Positions 9,461 through 19,014 of a stretch of DNA of 64,000 nt are shown in pieces. The notes under the pieces are model-generated. The model ran no database searches. It saw only the letters and a list, made by a program, of their open reading frames with translations, and was not told the origin of the DNA. Positions within the stretch are counted from its first letter, which is position 1, and every line of letters starts with the position of its first letter. The DNA comes from Vulcanimicrobiota bacterium. Its GTDB lineage: Bacteria; Vulcanimicrobiota; Vulcanimicrobiia; Vulcanimicrobiales; Vulcanimicrobiaceae. The stretch spans positions 1 through 64,000 of the forward strand of contig CAVZQC010000001.1 of assembly GCA_963777315.1 (NCBI GenBank), given 5' to 3'. Made by a program: the position numbers and the translations under genes.

Positions 9461-10582
9461 TTATCCGGACGCATCGAACGAGCCGGTCGACGGGCGTTTG
9501 GGTTTAGCGAAAATCATGCGTCCTGCGGCGGTTTGCAGCACGCTGGTGACGACGACGTCGGCGGCACTGCCCACCAGCCGGCGACCGTGTTCGACCACGA
9601 TCATCGTGCCGTCGTCCAAATATCCCACGCCTTGGTGAGGCTCTTTGCCGTCGCGAACGATCTGCACGCTCAGTTCTTCTCCGGGCAGCATCACGGGCTT
9701 GACGGCATTGGCGAGCTCGTTGATGTTGAGCACTCCCACGCCTTCCACGTGGGCAACGCGGTTGAGATTGTAATCGTTAGTCACCAGTTTACCGCGCAGT
9801 TCTTGAGCCATTCTCACCAGTTTCGCATCAGCTCCTCGCACGTCGGCGTAATCGCGCTCGCTCACTTCCAGCGCGCCGGTCTCCTGCAGGCGATTGAGCA
9901 CTTCCAGCCCGCGCCGTCCGCGTGAGCGTTTCATGGAATCGGTTGAATCCGCCACGGCTTGAAGTTCCTGCAGTACGAACCGAGGCAGGATGAACGGTCC
10001 TTCCAAAAAGCCCGAGTCGAGAATCTCTACGATCCTGCCGTCGACGATGACCGACGTGTCGATGATCTTGGGCGTGCCGCCCGCGGCGCCCGCAGATGGG
10101 ATGAGCGGCAAAAAGTGCATGCGCGCGCCGACGCGCGCGCCCAAATAGGCCGCAAAGATGCTGATCACGATGTAGAGCAGAATCGCGATATAGCTGCCCG
10201 CGCGTCCGGCGGTCGAGATGAATTCGAAAAGGATGCTGCGGATCAAGAATGCGATGACCAGACCGGCGATGAGCCCGACGGCCCCGCCCGCCAGCTCGAT
10301 TGGAGCCAAACGTTCGATCGCGCGTTCGACGGCATTGAGCTCGTCTTCGAAAAACGTTTGGGCAAACGGCGCTATGAGGACGCCAATCACCGCGCCTGCC
10401 ACCGGCGTGACGATCGTCAGGGCCAGCTGCAGCGCCTCACCGGCAAAATGCAGCGAAAACAGATGCACGTACGCTTCGCGCCCCAGCAAAAAGCCGGTGA
10501 CGCCGAAAACCACGGCAAACAGCAGCCGCAGGAGCGTTCCGGCGATGCCGGGACCTACTCGAGCGTCACGAAAGCTGCGCAT
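9461..10582 (-). CDS. PIN/TRAM domain membrane protein (YacL-like)
   Basis: N-terminal TM helices, IIDTSVIVDGRI, RGRRGLEVL, TNDYNLN, QGVGYLDDGTMIVVE; start approximate. Confidence 0.92.
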   Translation of the reverse strand: MRSFRDARVGPGIAGTLLRLLFAVVFGVTGFLLGREAYVHLFSLHFAGEALQLALTIVTPVAGAVIGVLIAPFAQTFFEDELNAVERAIERLAPIELAGGAVGLIAGLVIAFLIRSILFEFISTAGRAGSYIAILLYIVISIFAAYLGARVGARMHFLPLIPSAGAAGGTPKIIDTSVIVDGRIVEILDSGFLEGPFILPRFVLQELQAVADSTDSMKRSRGRRGLEVLNRLQETGALEVSERDYADVRGADAKLVRMAQELRGKLVTNDYNLNRVAHVEGVGVLNINELANAVKPVMLPGEELSVQIVRDGKEPHQGVGYLDDGTMIVVEHGRRLVGSAADVVVTSVLQTAAGRMIFAKPKRPSTGSFDASG

Positions 10583-11691
10583 ACGTCGTTGGCCATGAAA
10601 CGCCCGTGCATCGTAAGCCGCACGTGCGTTGCGTCGACTTCGAGCAATCCGTCACCGCGATAGCGGTCGACGATTGTTGCATACCGTTCCAAAAAATCCA
10701 CGCCGTACCGCTCTTTGAACCGCTGCAGCGATACCCCTTGCCGGGTGCGCAGCGCGAGCATCACCGCCTCGCCGGTGCGCGCGCAGCCCTCGAGCCGCTC
10801 GGCTTGGCCCGGAATCGGCAGTCCTGCGAGCACGGCGTCGACGTACGAGCCGAGTTCCTTTGTGTGCACGCTTCGCACGCCGTCACGATACGAAGCCGCG
10901 CCTACGCCCAACCCGACGTAGTCGCCGTTCGCCCAGTAGTTTTCGTTGTGAGCGCTGCGATGACCGGACCGCGCAAAATTGCTGATCTCGTACTGCGTCA
11001 AGCCGGCCTGCTCCAGCGTCGCTATCGCCAGCTCGTACAGCTCGGCCTCACGCACGTCGTCGAAAAACGTTTCCGGCTGCCTGCGGCGCAGGCGTTCGAA
11101 CGGCGTGCCGGGTTCGATCGTGAGCCCGTATGCCGAGACGTGATCGACGCCCAAAGCAACGGCGGCACGCAGCGAACGCAGCCAACTCTCCCTCGTTTGT
11201 CCCGGAACGGCAAACATGAGATCCACGCTGACGCTTCGTATGCCCGCGCTGCGGCCCGCGCGTACCGCGCGCTCGACGTCGTGCACGCCGTGCCGGCGGC
11301 CCAACGTGCGAACCTCTGCAGGCTCGAACGATTGCACTCCAATCGAAATGCGATTCACGCCCGCGGCTAGGTACGCCTCAAAGTCCTGCGCGCGCACCAG
11401 TTCTGGGTTCACTTCGATCGTGGTTTCGCGATCCGAGGGCCCCGGAAATACTGAGTTCAGGTGATCGAGCAGTTCGGCTAAGTCCCCGGGCTGATACGTG
11501 TTGGGAGTGCCTCCTCCCAAAAACACCGTGCTCCCGACGGTTTGGGCCGAGCCCGCACGGTCGATTTCCGCGTGCAGCGCCTGCAAATAGCGCCGCGCGG
11601 CGCTCTCTTTGTGGGGCCACTTGGCAAAATCGCAGTACGGGCAAATATACGGACAGAACGGCAGATGAACGTAGACCCCGGCCGCGTTCAC
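10555..11691 (-). CDS. hemW: Radical SAM heme chaperone HemW
   Basis: YVHLPFCPYICPYCDF, GGGTP, YEISNFA, HNxNYW. Confidence 0.92.
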   Translation of the reverse strand: MNAAGVYVHLPFCPYICPYCDFAKWPHKESAARRYLQALHAEIDRAGSAQTVGSTVFLGGGTPNTYQPGDLAELLDHLNSVFPGPSDRETTIEVNPELVRAQDFEAYLAAGVNRISIGVQSFEPAEVRTLGRRHGVHDVERAVRAGRSAGIRSVSVDLMFAVPGQTRESWLRSLRAAVALGVDHVSAYGLTIEPGTPFERLRRRQPETFFDDVREAELYELAIATLEQAGLTQYEISNFARSGHRSAHNENYWANGDYVGLGVGAASYRDGVRSVHTKELGSYVDAVLAGLPIPGQAERLEGCARTGEAVMLALRTRQGVSLQRFKERYGVDFLERYATIVDRYRGDGLLEVDATHVRLTMHGRFMANDVCAAFVTLE

Positions 11692-12536
11692 TGCGCTGAA
11701 AAAATTCCGACGGCACCGGGACCTGCATGAACCGCAATCACCGGGCCGGCTTCGAGAACGTCGAGCGCCTTTGGCGATTCGCCCTCCAAGCGCGCGCGCA
11801 AGCGGGCCGCGATGTCCGACGCCAGCGCGGGCGCATTGGTGTGCATGACTAAAAAGCGCGCGCCGGCCACGTCGGTTATTTCGCGCAGCGAAAGGTCGAT
11901 CATCGTTTGCCGTGCGCGCGCCGGCGTGCGCACCTGCGCGTGGGCCGATACCTCGCCGTCCTGCAGCGAGATGACCGGAACGATCTTCATGAGCGTGCCG
12001 ATAACGGCGCGCGCCTTACCGATGCGTCCCGTGCGGACGACGTGCGACAGATCCGGGATGCAGGCATACAAGTGCTGCACGTCGCGCTCGTGCTCGAGCG
12101 CCGCCACAATGTCCGCGCGCGTTGCATGGGCGCGAGCCAGCTCGCGCGCAAGTGTGACCTGCATGCCTAAGCCGCCGGCAACGCTCAGTGAATCGACGAT
12201 CGTGATTGAGGCATCGGGAAACCGGCTCGCCGCAGCGCGCGCCGCATTGATCGTTCCCGACAGCTTCGAACTGATCACGATGCACACCACCTCGTCGCCG
12301 GCCTGCACGTGCGGGCGGAACGCATCCTCGAACATTGCAGGCGTAGGCTGGGAGGTCGTCGGAAGAATCGGTTCGCATGCCAGCTTGCGGTAAAATTCGC
12401 TGCGCGACAGATCCAGATAGTCGCGATAGCTCGTCCCGTCGAACAGCACGAACAGCGGAACTACGTCGACGCCGAGCGTTCGGGCACGCGCCGGCTCGAT
12501 GTCCGAGGTGCTGTCGGTAACGATCGCGATGCTCAT
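11688..12536 (-). CDS. DegV family fatty-acid binding protein (FakB-like)
   Basis: IVTDSTSD, PTTSQP, ISSKLSGT, HAGPGAVG. Confidence 0.93.
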   Translation of the reverse strand: MSIAIVTDSTSDIEPARARTLGVDVVPLFVLFDGTSYRDYLDLSRSEFYRKLACEPILPTTSQPTPAMFEDAFRPHVQAGDEVVCIVISSKLSGTINAARAAASRFPDASITIVDSLSVAGGLGMQVTLARELARAHATRADIVAALEHERDVQHLYACIPDLSHVVRTGRIGKARAVIGTLMKIVPVISLQDGEVSAHAQVRTPARARQTMIDLSLREITDVAGARFLVMHTNAPALASDIAARLRARLEGESPKALDVLEAGPVIAVHAGPGAVGIFSAQ

Positions 12537-12566
12537 CGAGGGCCGCTAGTGTCCTTGCGGGGACGC

Positions 12567-13580
12567 TTAGGAGCCGGCGTTAGCCAAATGCGGCTTCGCG
12601 AGCTCGCTGATTTTGCCCACGACGTCGTGACGGGCTTCGACCACCGCCGCTGCGATCGCGTGCTTTATGCCGTTGCGTGTGACGCGGCCGTGCGTAACGA
12701 TGCAGTTTCCCGCCAGTCCGAGCAGCGGCGCGCCGCCGTACGTTTCGTAATTGAACCGGGTTCGCAGTTGCCGCAGTGCAGGCAGCATGAGCGCCGCGCC
12801 GGCTTTGGTCAGCAGGTTTCCGCCGAGCACCGTTTCTTTGATGACCTTTTGCAGATCCGAAACCAAGCCCTCGCCCATCTTGAGCACGACGTTGCCCACG
12901 AATCCGTCGACGACGACCACGTCCGCGGCATTGTGAAACAGGTCTTTGCCTTCCACGTTGCCGATGAAATTGACCGGCGCGCGCGAAAGCAGTTTCGCCG
13001 CTTCCAGCACTTGAGCGTTGCCCTTGGTATCCTCTTCGCCCACGGAAAGTACGGCAACGCGCGGATCATTGATGTTGAGCACCGACTTTGCATACGCGGA
13101 GCCCATGATTCCGAATTGCTCGAGCCACTCAGGACGGCAGTCGACGTTGGCGCCGGAATCCAACAGCACCATCGGGCCGTTGAGCGCCGGCCACACCGTG
13201 GCGATAGCCGGCCGCGCGATACCGGCGATCGTACGCAATTTGATGAGCGCGATTGCTAAAAACGCGCCGCTGTTGCCGGCCGACACGGCCGCGTCAGCAT
13301 TGCCCGCCTTCACCATGCCGACCGCCGCCCCCAGCGAGGTTTGGTCGGCAATGCGCAGCGCTTGGGACGCATGCATGTCCATGGGAACGGTTTGCTCGGC
13401 ATGCACCAGAACGATCTTTTCCGCGCCGCGTCCCTGCAGCAACGGGCGCACTTGCGCCTCGTCGCCGACGAGGATCAGCTCCGCATCGCAGTCGCGCGCG
13501 GCCAGCAGCGTTCCCGCGACGATCTCCGCGGGGGCGTGGTCGCCGCCCATGGCGTCGATTGCAATGCGGATCCTACTCAT
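12567..13580 (-). CDS. plsX: Phosphate acyltransferase PlsX
   Basis: IAIDAMGGDHAP, SAGNSGA, LDSGAN, DGFVGNVVLK, YGGAPLLG. Confidence 0.95.
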   Translation of the reverse strand: MSRIRIAIDAMGGDHAPAEIVAGTLLAARDCDAELILVGDEAQVRPLLQGRGAEKIVLVHAEQTVPMDMHASQALRIADQTSLGAAVGMVKAGNADAAVSAGNSGAFLAIALIKLRTIAGIARPAIATVWPALNGPMVLLDSGANVDCRPEWLEQFGIMGSAYAKSVLNINDPRVAVLSVGEEDTKGNAQVLEAAKLLSRAPVNFIGNVEGKDLFHNAADVVVVDGFVGNVVLKMGEGLVSDLQKVIKETVLGGNLLTKAGAALMLPALRQLRTRFNYETYGGAPLLGLAGNCIVTHGRVTRNGIKHAIAAAVVEARHDVVGKISELAKPHLANAGS

Positions 13581-15162
13581 CGAGCGACATCCAAAACTCT
13601 ACGTTCGTCTGGCCGCCGAAGTAATATTCGACGTCCGCTTGCGCAAAGGCCTCACGCAGCTCATCGGACAGACGCTGCGCATCGCGCTCCTTTTGCGCGC
13701 CCCCGTAGTACACCGTGATCAAGCCTCCGTCGCCTGCGCCCATGGCCCCGAGCGCTGCGCTCGCGGCTTCGCTCAGCGAGCCGCCCGTGTATAGCACTCC
13801 GGAGCTGCTCGCTACGGGTCTCCCGCGCTGCACAATCGTTCCACCTACGGTTGCGTCCTTCCCGGCGAAGTACGCCTGCGCGCTGCGTGTCCGCGCACCG
13901 GCTTGCAGCACGAACTCGGCGTCGGGCAGACCGTCGCGGGCCGAACGCAGCGCGAATAAGCCGGCAATTCCGGCCACGATATCGGCCGTGGGCACGACGT
14001 GAACCGTACGCCCGCTCAGCTGCGCGGCTTGTTGCGCGCCGAGTGCGACGTTTTTGTCGTTAGCGAACAGCAATACGACGTCGGATAAACACGCGTTCAC
14101 CGCAAGCAGAATTTCACGCACGCTGGGATTGCGAAAGGTAATCGGCGCGACCTCGGCGCCGAGTTCTTTGGCGATTTTTGCGAAGCCCTCACCGGGAACG
14201 AACGCGACGATGGAGTATGGTGCGGCGGGTTTGTCGACGAGCAGCACGTTGTGCTGGCGCTCCATATCGTCCACCTTGACGGCCGTCGGCTCTCCGTGTT
14301 TACCCGCCAGCGTTTGAACCGCTTGCGGATCGCTCGTATGTACGTGCACTCGAATGGTCGGAGCGCTGCCTGCCACAATCAACGATTCACCCTTGACTGC
14401 GAGCATTTCCCGCAACTCGGGAACCGAACACGTTGCGCGCTGCAGGATGAATTCGGTGCAGTATTTGTTTTCGCCGACGGCTTGCGCGGTCGTAAAGACG
14501 CGCCGGCGCACCGGACGCCGGGGAAAAGCCGTCGAGCGCGCCGTGATGTCGGGCAGAAAGCGCAACACGCCTTCCAGGAAATACACAAAGCCCGCGCCGC
14601 CTGAATCGACGACTCCGGATTCTTTGAGCACCGGCAGTTGATCCGGCGTGCGATCCAGCGCTTCGTTCGCAGAGCGCAGCACGCCGGTCAAAAACCGGTA
14701 GAAGTCAGGCTCGTGCAGCGCGAGGCGATACGCGCTTTCTGCGGCGGCGTCCGCGACCGAAACGATCGTGCCGTCCAACGGTTTGACCAATGCCTGCCGT
14801 GCCGCAGTCACGGCCTCTCGCATTCCGGTCGCCAACACGAACGTGTCGATGGCGCTGCGATGGCGAACGTGGTGGGCGAAGCCTCGCAGCATCTGCGAGA
14901 TAATGACGCCGGAATTGCCTCGCGCGCCCATCAGCGCCCCTTGCGCAGCGGCCGCAGCGACCTCGGCCAGCGGGCGGCCTCGATGCTTGCCTGCCTCGAG
15001 TGCAGCCTGCCTACAGGTGAGATACATATTAGTGCCGGTATCGCCGTCGGGCACCGGGAAAACGTTGAGATCGTTGAGGACTTCACGGTACTTCCTTAAG
15101 AAGTATGAGCCCGCGGCCAGGAATTTGGCGTAAGCTCTTCCGTCCAAGGCGGTGACGTCCAT
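13573..15162 (-). CDS. DAK2 domain fatty acid kinase subunit A (FakA/YloV-like)
   Basis: [40 protein letters not shown]. Confidence 0.93.
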   Translation of the reverse strand: MDVTALDGRAYAKFLAAGSYFLRKYREVLNDLNVFPVPDGDTGTNMYLTCRQAALEAGKHRGRPLAEVAAAAAQGALMGARGNSGVIISQMLRGFAHHVRHRSAIDTFVLATGMREAVTAARQALVKPLDGTIVSVADAAAESAYRLALHEPDFYRFLTGVLRSANEALDRTPDQLPVLKESGVVDSGGAGFVYFLEGVLRFLPDITARSTAFPRRPVRRRVFTTAQAVGENKYCTEFILQRATCSVPELREMLAVKGESLIVAGSAPTIRVHVHTSDPQAVQTLAGKHGEPTAVKVDDMERQHNVLLVDKPAAPYSIVAFVPGEGFAKIAKELGAEVAPITFRNPSVREILLAVNACLSDVVLLFANDKNVALGAQQAAQLSGRTVHVVPTADIVAGIAGLFALRSARDGLPDAEFVLQAGARTRSAQAYFAGKDATVGGTIVQRGRPVASSSGVLYTGGSLSEAASAALGAMGAGDGGLITVYYGGAQKERDAQRLSDELREAFAQADVEYYFGGQTNVEFWMSLDE

Positions 15163-15263
15163 CGGCGGCCCTGTTCGCGCAAGAGTCGCTTGCGCCTAGG
15201 CGCGGGTGCATGCTAATCTACCAAGGTTGTCCCGGGTGGGCTGCGAGAGAGGGTTGGACCGAC

Positions 15264-15455
15264 ATGGCAAAGCGCTGCGAAGTCTGCGGCAAGGGACCGA
15301 TGGCCGGCAACAACGTCAGCCACGCAATGAACAAGACCAAGCGCCGCTGGCTGCCGAACCTGCAGGCGGTCCGAATTCGGGACCGCGGCACGGCCCGAAC
15401 CGCCCGCGTCTGTACGGCATGCCTGCGCGGCAAGCGCGTCACGCGCGCCGTCTGA
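15264..15455 (+). CDS. rpmB: 50S ribosomal protein bL28 (Zn-ribbon type)
   Basis: [35 protein letters not shown]. Confidence 0.97.
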   Translation: MAKRCEVCGKGPMAGNNVSHAMNKTKRRWLPNLQAVRIRDRGTARTARVCTACLRGKRVTRAV

Positions 15456-15482
15456 CGTAACCCCGGCAAGCGCAAAATTCCG

Positions 15483-15514
15483 GCAGCGGCGAGTCGTACG
15501 ACCGCCGCTGTTTT
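15483..15514 (+). terminator. Intrinsic terminator after rpmB
   Basis: CAGCGGCG...CGCCGCTG stem followed by TTTT. Confidence 0.7.
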
Positions 15515-15650
15515 CGTTGGACTACTCAGTTTTCGGTATGTCGGCGCCCGGCGCGGTTGCGTATCCTAAGTACGCACCATCATCGCGAATGCAAAGCCGT
15601 AACCGGCCGTCACCATAACGATCCTCTTCGGCACGACGGTCGCGCGATCG

Positions 15651-15679
15651 AAGGGCGCCGCAAATACTGCGGCGCCCTT
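15651..15679. terminator. Strong hairpin, probable terminator of the 15702-16238 gene
   Basis: AAGGGCGCCGCA-aatac-TGCGGCGCCCTT. Confidence 0.65.
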
Positions 15680-15701
15680 GGGTGTTGGCGGTCGACCTCG
15701 G

Positions 15702-16238
15702 CTATAACGTATTGCGATCGTCGATGTCCCGAGTCGTTCGCGTACTTTGCAGATCGTCGGTCGCACCGCCGATATACTGCGTGTCGTCGATCTCGCCGGT
15801 GGTCGAAGGCGGCACGCCGCCGGTTCCTCCCGCACCGAGCCCCGTACCGGTCGTTCCCAGTCCCGTGCCGGTCATGCCCAAGCCGCCGCTCGCACCGGCC
15901 ACCGTCGACTTGCCCGTTATGTCGGCATTGACCGTGCTCGGCGTGCCGGCGGCGCTGGACGTGCCGGTCGCGTCGTTCACGCGTCCATTGTACTGCTGCA
16001 GAACGGTGCGAACGGTTTGCGGATTCCCCCCGGTAACCGTCAGCACGGCGCCGGTGCGGTATTGATCCGTGTTGTGCTCTCCGGAGAAAAAGCTCTTGAT
16101 GCTGTCCCAAAAACTTTGTCCGTGCGAACTCTCGCTGCGCACGTCGACCTCGCATCCCTGCGCCCGCAGATCTTCTGCGGCGCGCCGCGCGTCGGTTTCG
16201 GTTGCGAAATACGCGCTGGTTCCATAGCCCTGGTTCAT
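15702..16238 (-). CDS. Hypothetical Gly/Thr-rich general-stress-like protein
   Basis: GGGAGG RBS; SFWDSIKSFF motif seen in general stress proteins; low-complexity GTGLG tail. Confidence 0.65.
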   Translation of the reverse strand: MNQGYGTSAYFATETDARRAAEDLRAQGCEVDVRSESSHGQSFWDSIKSFFSGEHNTDQYRTGAVLTVTGGNPQTVRTVLQQYNGRVNDATGTSSAAGTPSTVNADITGKSTVAGASGGLGMTGTGLGTTGTGLGAGGTGGVPPSTTGEIDDTQYIGGATDDLQSTRTTRDIDDRNTL

Positions 16239-16324
16239 GTGGTTGCCCTCCCATGTGTCGGAGTACCACTGATGTTCCCCGCGCGGCGCGCGGCGAATCG
16301 CACGAGCGTCTTTTCCGCCAACCT

Positions 16325-16789
16325 TTAGACCGCGGTCTTTTGCGATATTGCGGACTTGGCGGCCGCCAGCCGTTCGCCCAATGCGTCCAATTCGGTTTTT
16401 TCAAGCAGCTTGCGCGCCTGCTTGAACATCTCGTTTTCTTCTTCTTTGACGTGATGCTTGACCATTTCGCTGAGCACTTGGAGTTTGGCGTTGTACGTCT
16501 GGTCGTCCGGTTGGAGCGCCTCGATCTTCTTGAGCATCGCCTTCACGTTGGCGTGCTCTTCGTACGCTTCCAAAACTTCGTCGCTGGGTTCGGTATTGGC
16601 GGTCGTTTTCGCCTTGAGCGCGGGATAGAAGATCGTTTCTTCGATCTCGGAATGCACGGTGAGCTCGTGATCGATTTGTCGAAAGAGTTTCTCACGGGAA
16701 ACGTGAGCGGTATCGCCCAGCGCCTGTACCTTCTCGAACAGTTCGGTGACTTTTTCATGGTCGGTTTTGAGTAACGTGATGGCATCCAT
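16325..16789 (-). CDS. Hemerythrin (HHE) domain protein
   Basis: MDAITLLKTDH, HSEIEETIFYP, EEH, HHVKEEENEMF. Confidence 0.9.
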   Translation of the reverse strand: MDAITLLKTDHEKVTELFEKVQALGDTAHVSREKLFRQIDHELTVHSEIEETIFYPALKAKTTANTEPSDEVLEAYEEHANVKAMLKKIEALQPDDQTYNAKLQVLSEMVKHHVKEEENEMFKQARKLLEKTELDALGERLAAAKSAISQKTAV

Positions 16790-16895
16790 AAGCTTCTGGC
16801 CTTTCCAACGAGATGAGCGGGTTCTCCGGCGATCGCGGCCGTCACGTTGGCCTTACCCGCTTACACGGCCTCTTGCAGCCGAGCGCTTCACGGTG

Positions 16896-17336
16896 TTACT
16901 GCTGCGCGTGCATTTTCAGTTGCGAAAGCCCGAAGGCCGTGCGCGCGATGTCCGAAGGTTCCAAAGTGATGAGAAACTCCAATCGCACGTGCGCGGCGTC
17001 TATGGTCTTGAGCAGCACGGCGCACAGCACCGGCCCTCGCTTGGAGGGCGCGAACGACAACGTGAGTAATCCGCCGGCGAGCATAAACGACTGCGAAGGG
17101 CCGTTGCCCGTGCCGATCCTGGCCAGATATTCGCGCAGATCGAACAATTCCCAAAGCCCGATCGGCATTTCGAACACCGCCTCCACGGGCTGGGCACGTG
17201 CGGTGATCCGGCAATGCATCAGATCGAGATCCGCGGGCTCGGCGGTATCCGGATGCTCGTAGTCGACGACTTCAAGCACCAGATGCGGCTGCGCATCCGG
17301 ACCCGCCAAGCGAATCTCCACCGGCGCGAAGGTCAC
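16896..17336 (-). CDS. Hypothetical protein
   Basis: GTG start overlaps the thiL stop (GTGA); globular-looking 146-aa sequence. Confidence 0.65.
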   Translation of the reverse strand: MTFAPVEIRLAGPDAQPHLVLEVVDYEHPDTAEPADLDLMHCRITARAQPVEAVFEMPIGLWELFDLREYLARIGTGNGPSQSFMLAGGLLTLSFAPSKRGPVLCAVLLKTIDAAHVRLEFLITLEPSDIARTAFGLSQLKMHAQQ

Positions 17337-18346
17337 GGGATTCCTGCGCGCAGCGCGTCCCAACCCGTCGGGGCGAGCCGTTCTTGGCCGGTATTCGTTC
17401 GAACGAACAGACCGCTTTCGCTGCGGAAGCATCCGGCCGCGTGAAGCTGACGGCCGAACCGCTCGGCAAACTTTCGGCGCAGATGCTGGAACGCACGGGG
17501 CGCAACCGCAGCGAGCAATTCGAAATCTTCCCCGCCGGCCAACGCGTAGGCTTGCGGGTCCTCGCTCTGCAGCCGCGCCACTGCGGCCGCGCTTTCGTGC
17601 ACCGGAACGTCTTCGAGCACTGCGCCGCAGTGCGACCTGACGCACATGCGCGACAAGTCCGTCGACAGGCCGTCGGAAATATCCATCATCGCGTGCACGT
17701 GCGCACTGGCTGCCAGCCACATACCTTCGCGCACGCGCGGCTCGGGCCGGCGGTGTGCGCTCAGTGCCGGCGCGGCGAGTTTGCCGGACATCGCCGTTTG
17801 TTTGCGGGCCAAATGCAAACCGGCGCGACTCGCACCGAGCGCACCGGTGACGGCCACGACGTCGCCCGGGCGCGCACCGCTTCGTCCTTTGACGTTGCTG
17901 GGGCGAACTTCTCCGACGGCGGTGATCGCAACGACGATTGCATCGGCCCGCGTGAGGTCGCCGCCGGCGACCACGCAGCCGTGGCGCGAGGCCACGTCGA
18001 GCATTCCACGATACAGCTCGATCGCATCGCCGTGCGCATACGCAACGGGCCACCCTAACGCCACGGTCGCGAGCAGGGGGCGCGCGCCCATTGCGGCGAG
18101 ATCGCTCAAATTACTGGCCATCGCGCGCCACCCGGCGTCGAACATCGACATCGTGTCGCGTGCAAAGTGTACGTTCTCGATCAGGGCGTCGGTCGTTATG
18201 ACGCTCCGGTGAGAACGCGACGGCTGCCACACGGCTGCGTCGTCTCCGATGGAACTCACTATCCGCCGGTTGGCCGGGCACGTTTCAATGAGCGCGCGCA
18301 GCGCGGCCAGGAGCGCATCTTCGCTTTGCGGCCCAGGTGCGGTCAG
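17333..18346 (-). CDS. thiL: Thiamine-monophosphate kinase
   Basis: IGDDAA, TTDALIENVHF, NLSDLAAMGA, GGD, MDISDGL, GGEDFEL; start uncertain. Confidence 0.93.
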   Translation of the reverse strand: MTAPGPQSEDALLAALRALIETCPANRRIVSSIGDDAAVWQPSRSHRSVITTDALIENVHFARDTMSMFDAGWRAMASNLSDLAAMGARPLLATVALGWPVAYAHGDAIELYRGMLDVASRHGCVVAGGDLTRADAIVVAITAVGEVRPSNVKGRSGARPGDVVAVTGALGASRAGLHLARKQTAMSGKLAAPALSAHRRPEPRVREGMWLAASAHVHAMMDISDGLSTDLSRMCVRSHCGAVLEDVPVHESAAAVARLQSEDPQAYALAGGEDFELLAAVAPRAFQHLRRKFAERFGRQLHAAGCFRSESGLFVRTNTGQERLAPTGWDALRAGIP

Positions 18347-19014
18347 CGTGCGGCAGCTCCGTCGAGCAGTGAACGCAATTCCGCCGTCGCGCGGCCGCAA
18401 TCGGGCGCATCGAAGATCGCCGAACCGCAGACCAGCACGTCGGCGCCGGCCTGCGCCACGCTGCGGGCGTTGCGCAGCGTAATGCCGCCGTCGACTTCGA
18501 TGTCGCATCGCGTGCCGGCGCGCTCGACGAGCGCGCGAGCTTGGCGGATTTTCTCGATCGACCGCGGGATGAACGTTTGTCCGCCGAAACCCGGGTTCAC
18601 GCTCATAACCAGAATCAGATCGATGTCGTCGAGCAGGTCGGCCAGCATTGCCACCGGCGTCTGCGGGCAGATCGAAATGCCGGCTTTGGCTCCCAGCGAC
18701 CTGATGTGCGAGAGCAGACGCTGCGCGTGCGCGGTAGCTTCCAAGTGAAACGTGATGATGTCTGCGCCTGCACTGCGAAACCGGTCGACATATCTTTCCG
18801 GTTCGACGATCATCAAATGGCAGTCCAGAGGCAGCGCCGTATGCTTGCGCAGGTCCGCAACGATCTTGGGTCCCCAGGTGATATTGGGAACGAACCGCCC
18901 GTCCATTACGTCAAGGTGAACGTACGAGGCGCCGTTGCGTTCGACGGCCGCGACCTCGTCCTTTATGCACGCGAAATCGGCCGAAAGAATGGACGGGGCG
19001 ATTTTCGCCGTCAT
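18343..19014 (-). CDS. rpe: Ribulose-phosphate 3-epimerase
   Basis: IAPSILSADF, HLDVMDGRFVPN, MSVNPGFGGQ, EVDGG. Confidence 0.97.
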   Translation of the reverse strand: MTAKIAPSILSADFACIKDEVAAVERNGASYVHLDVMDGRFVPNITWGPKIVADLRKHTALPLDCHLMIVEPERYVDRFRSAGADIITFHLEATAHAQRLLSHIRSLGAKAGISICPQTPVAMLADLLDDIDLILVMSVNPGFGGQTFIPRSIEKIRQARALVERAGTRCDIEVDGGITLRNARSVAQAGADVLVCGSAIFDAPDCGRATAELRSLLDGAAAR

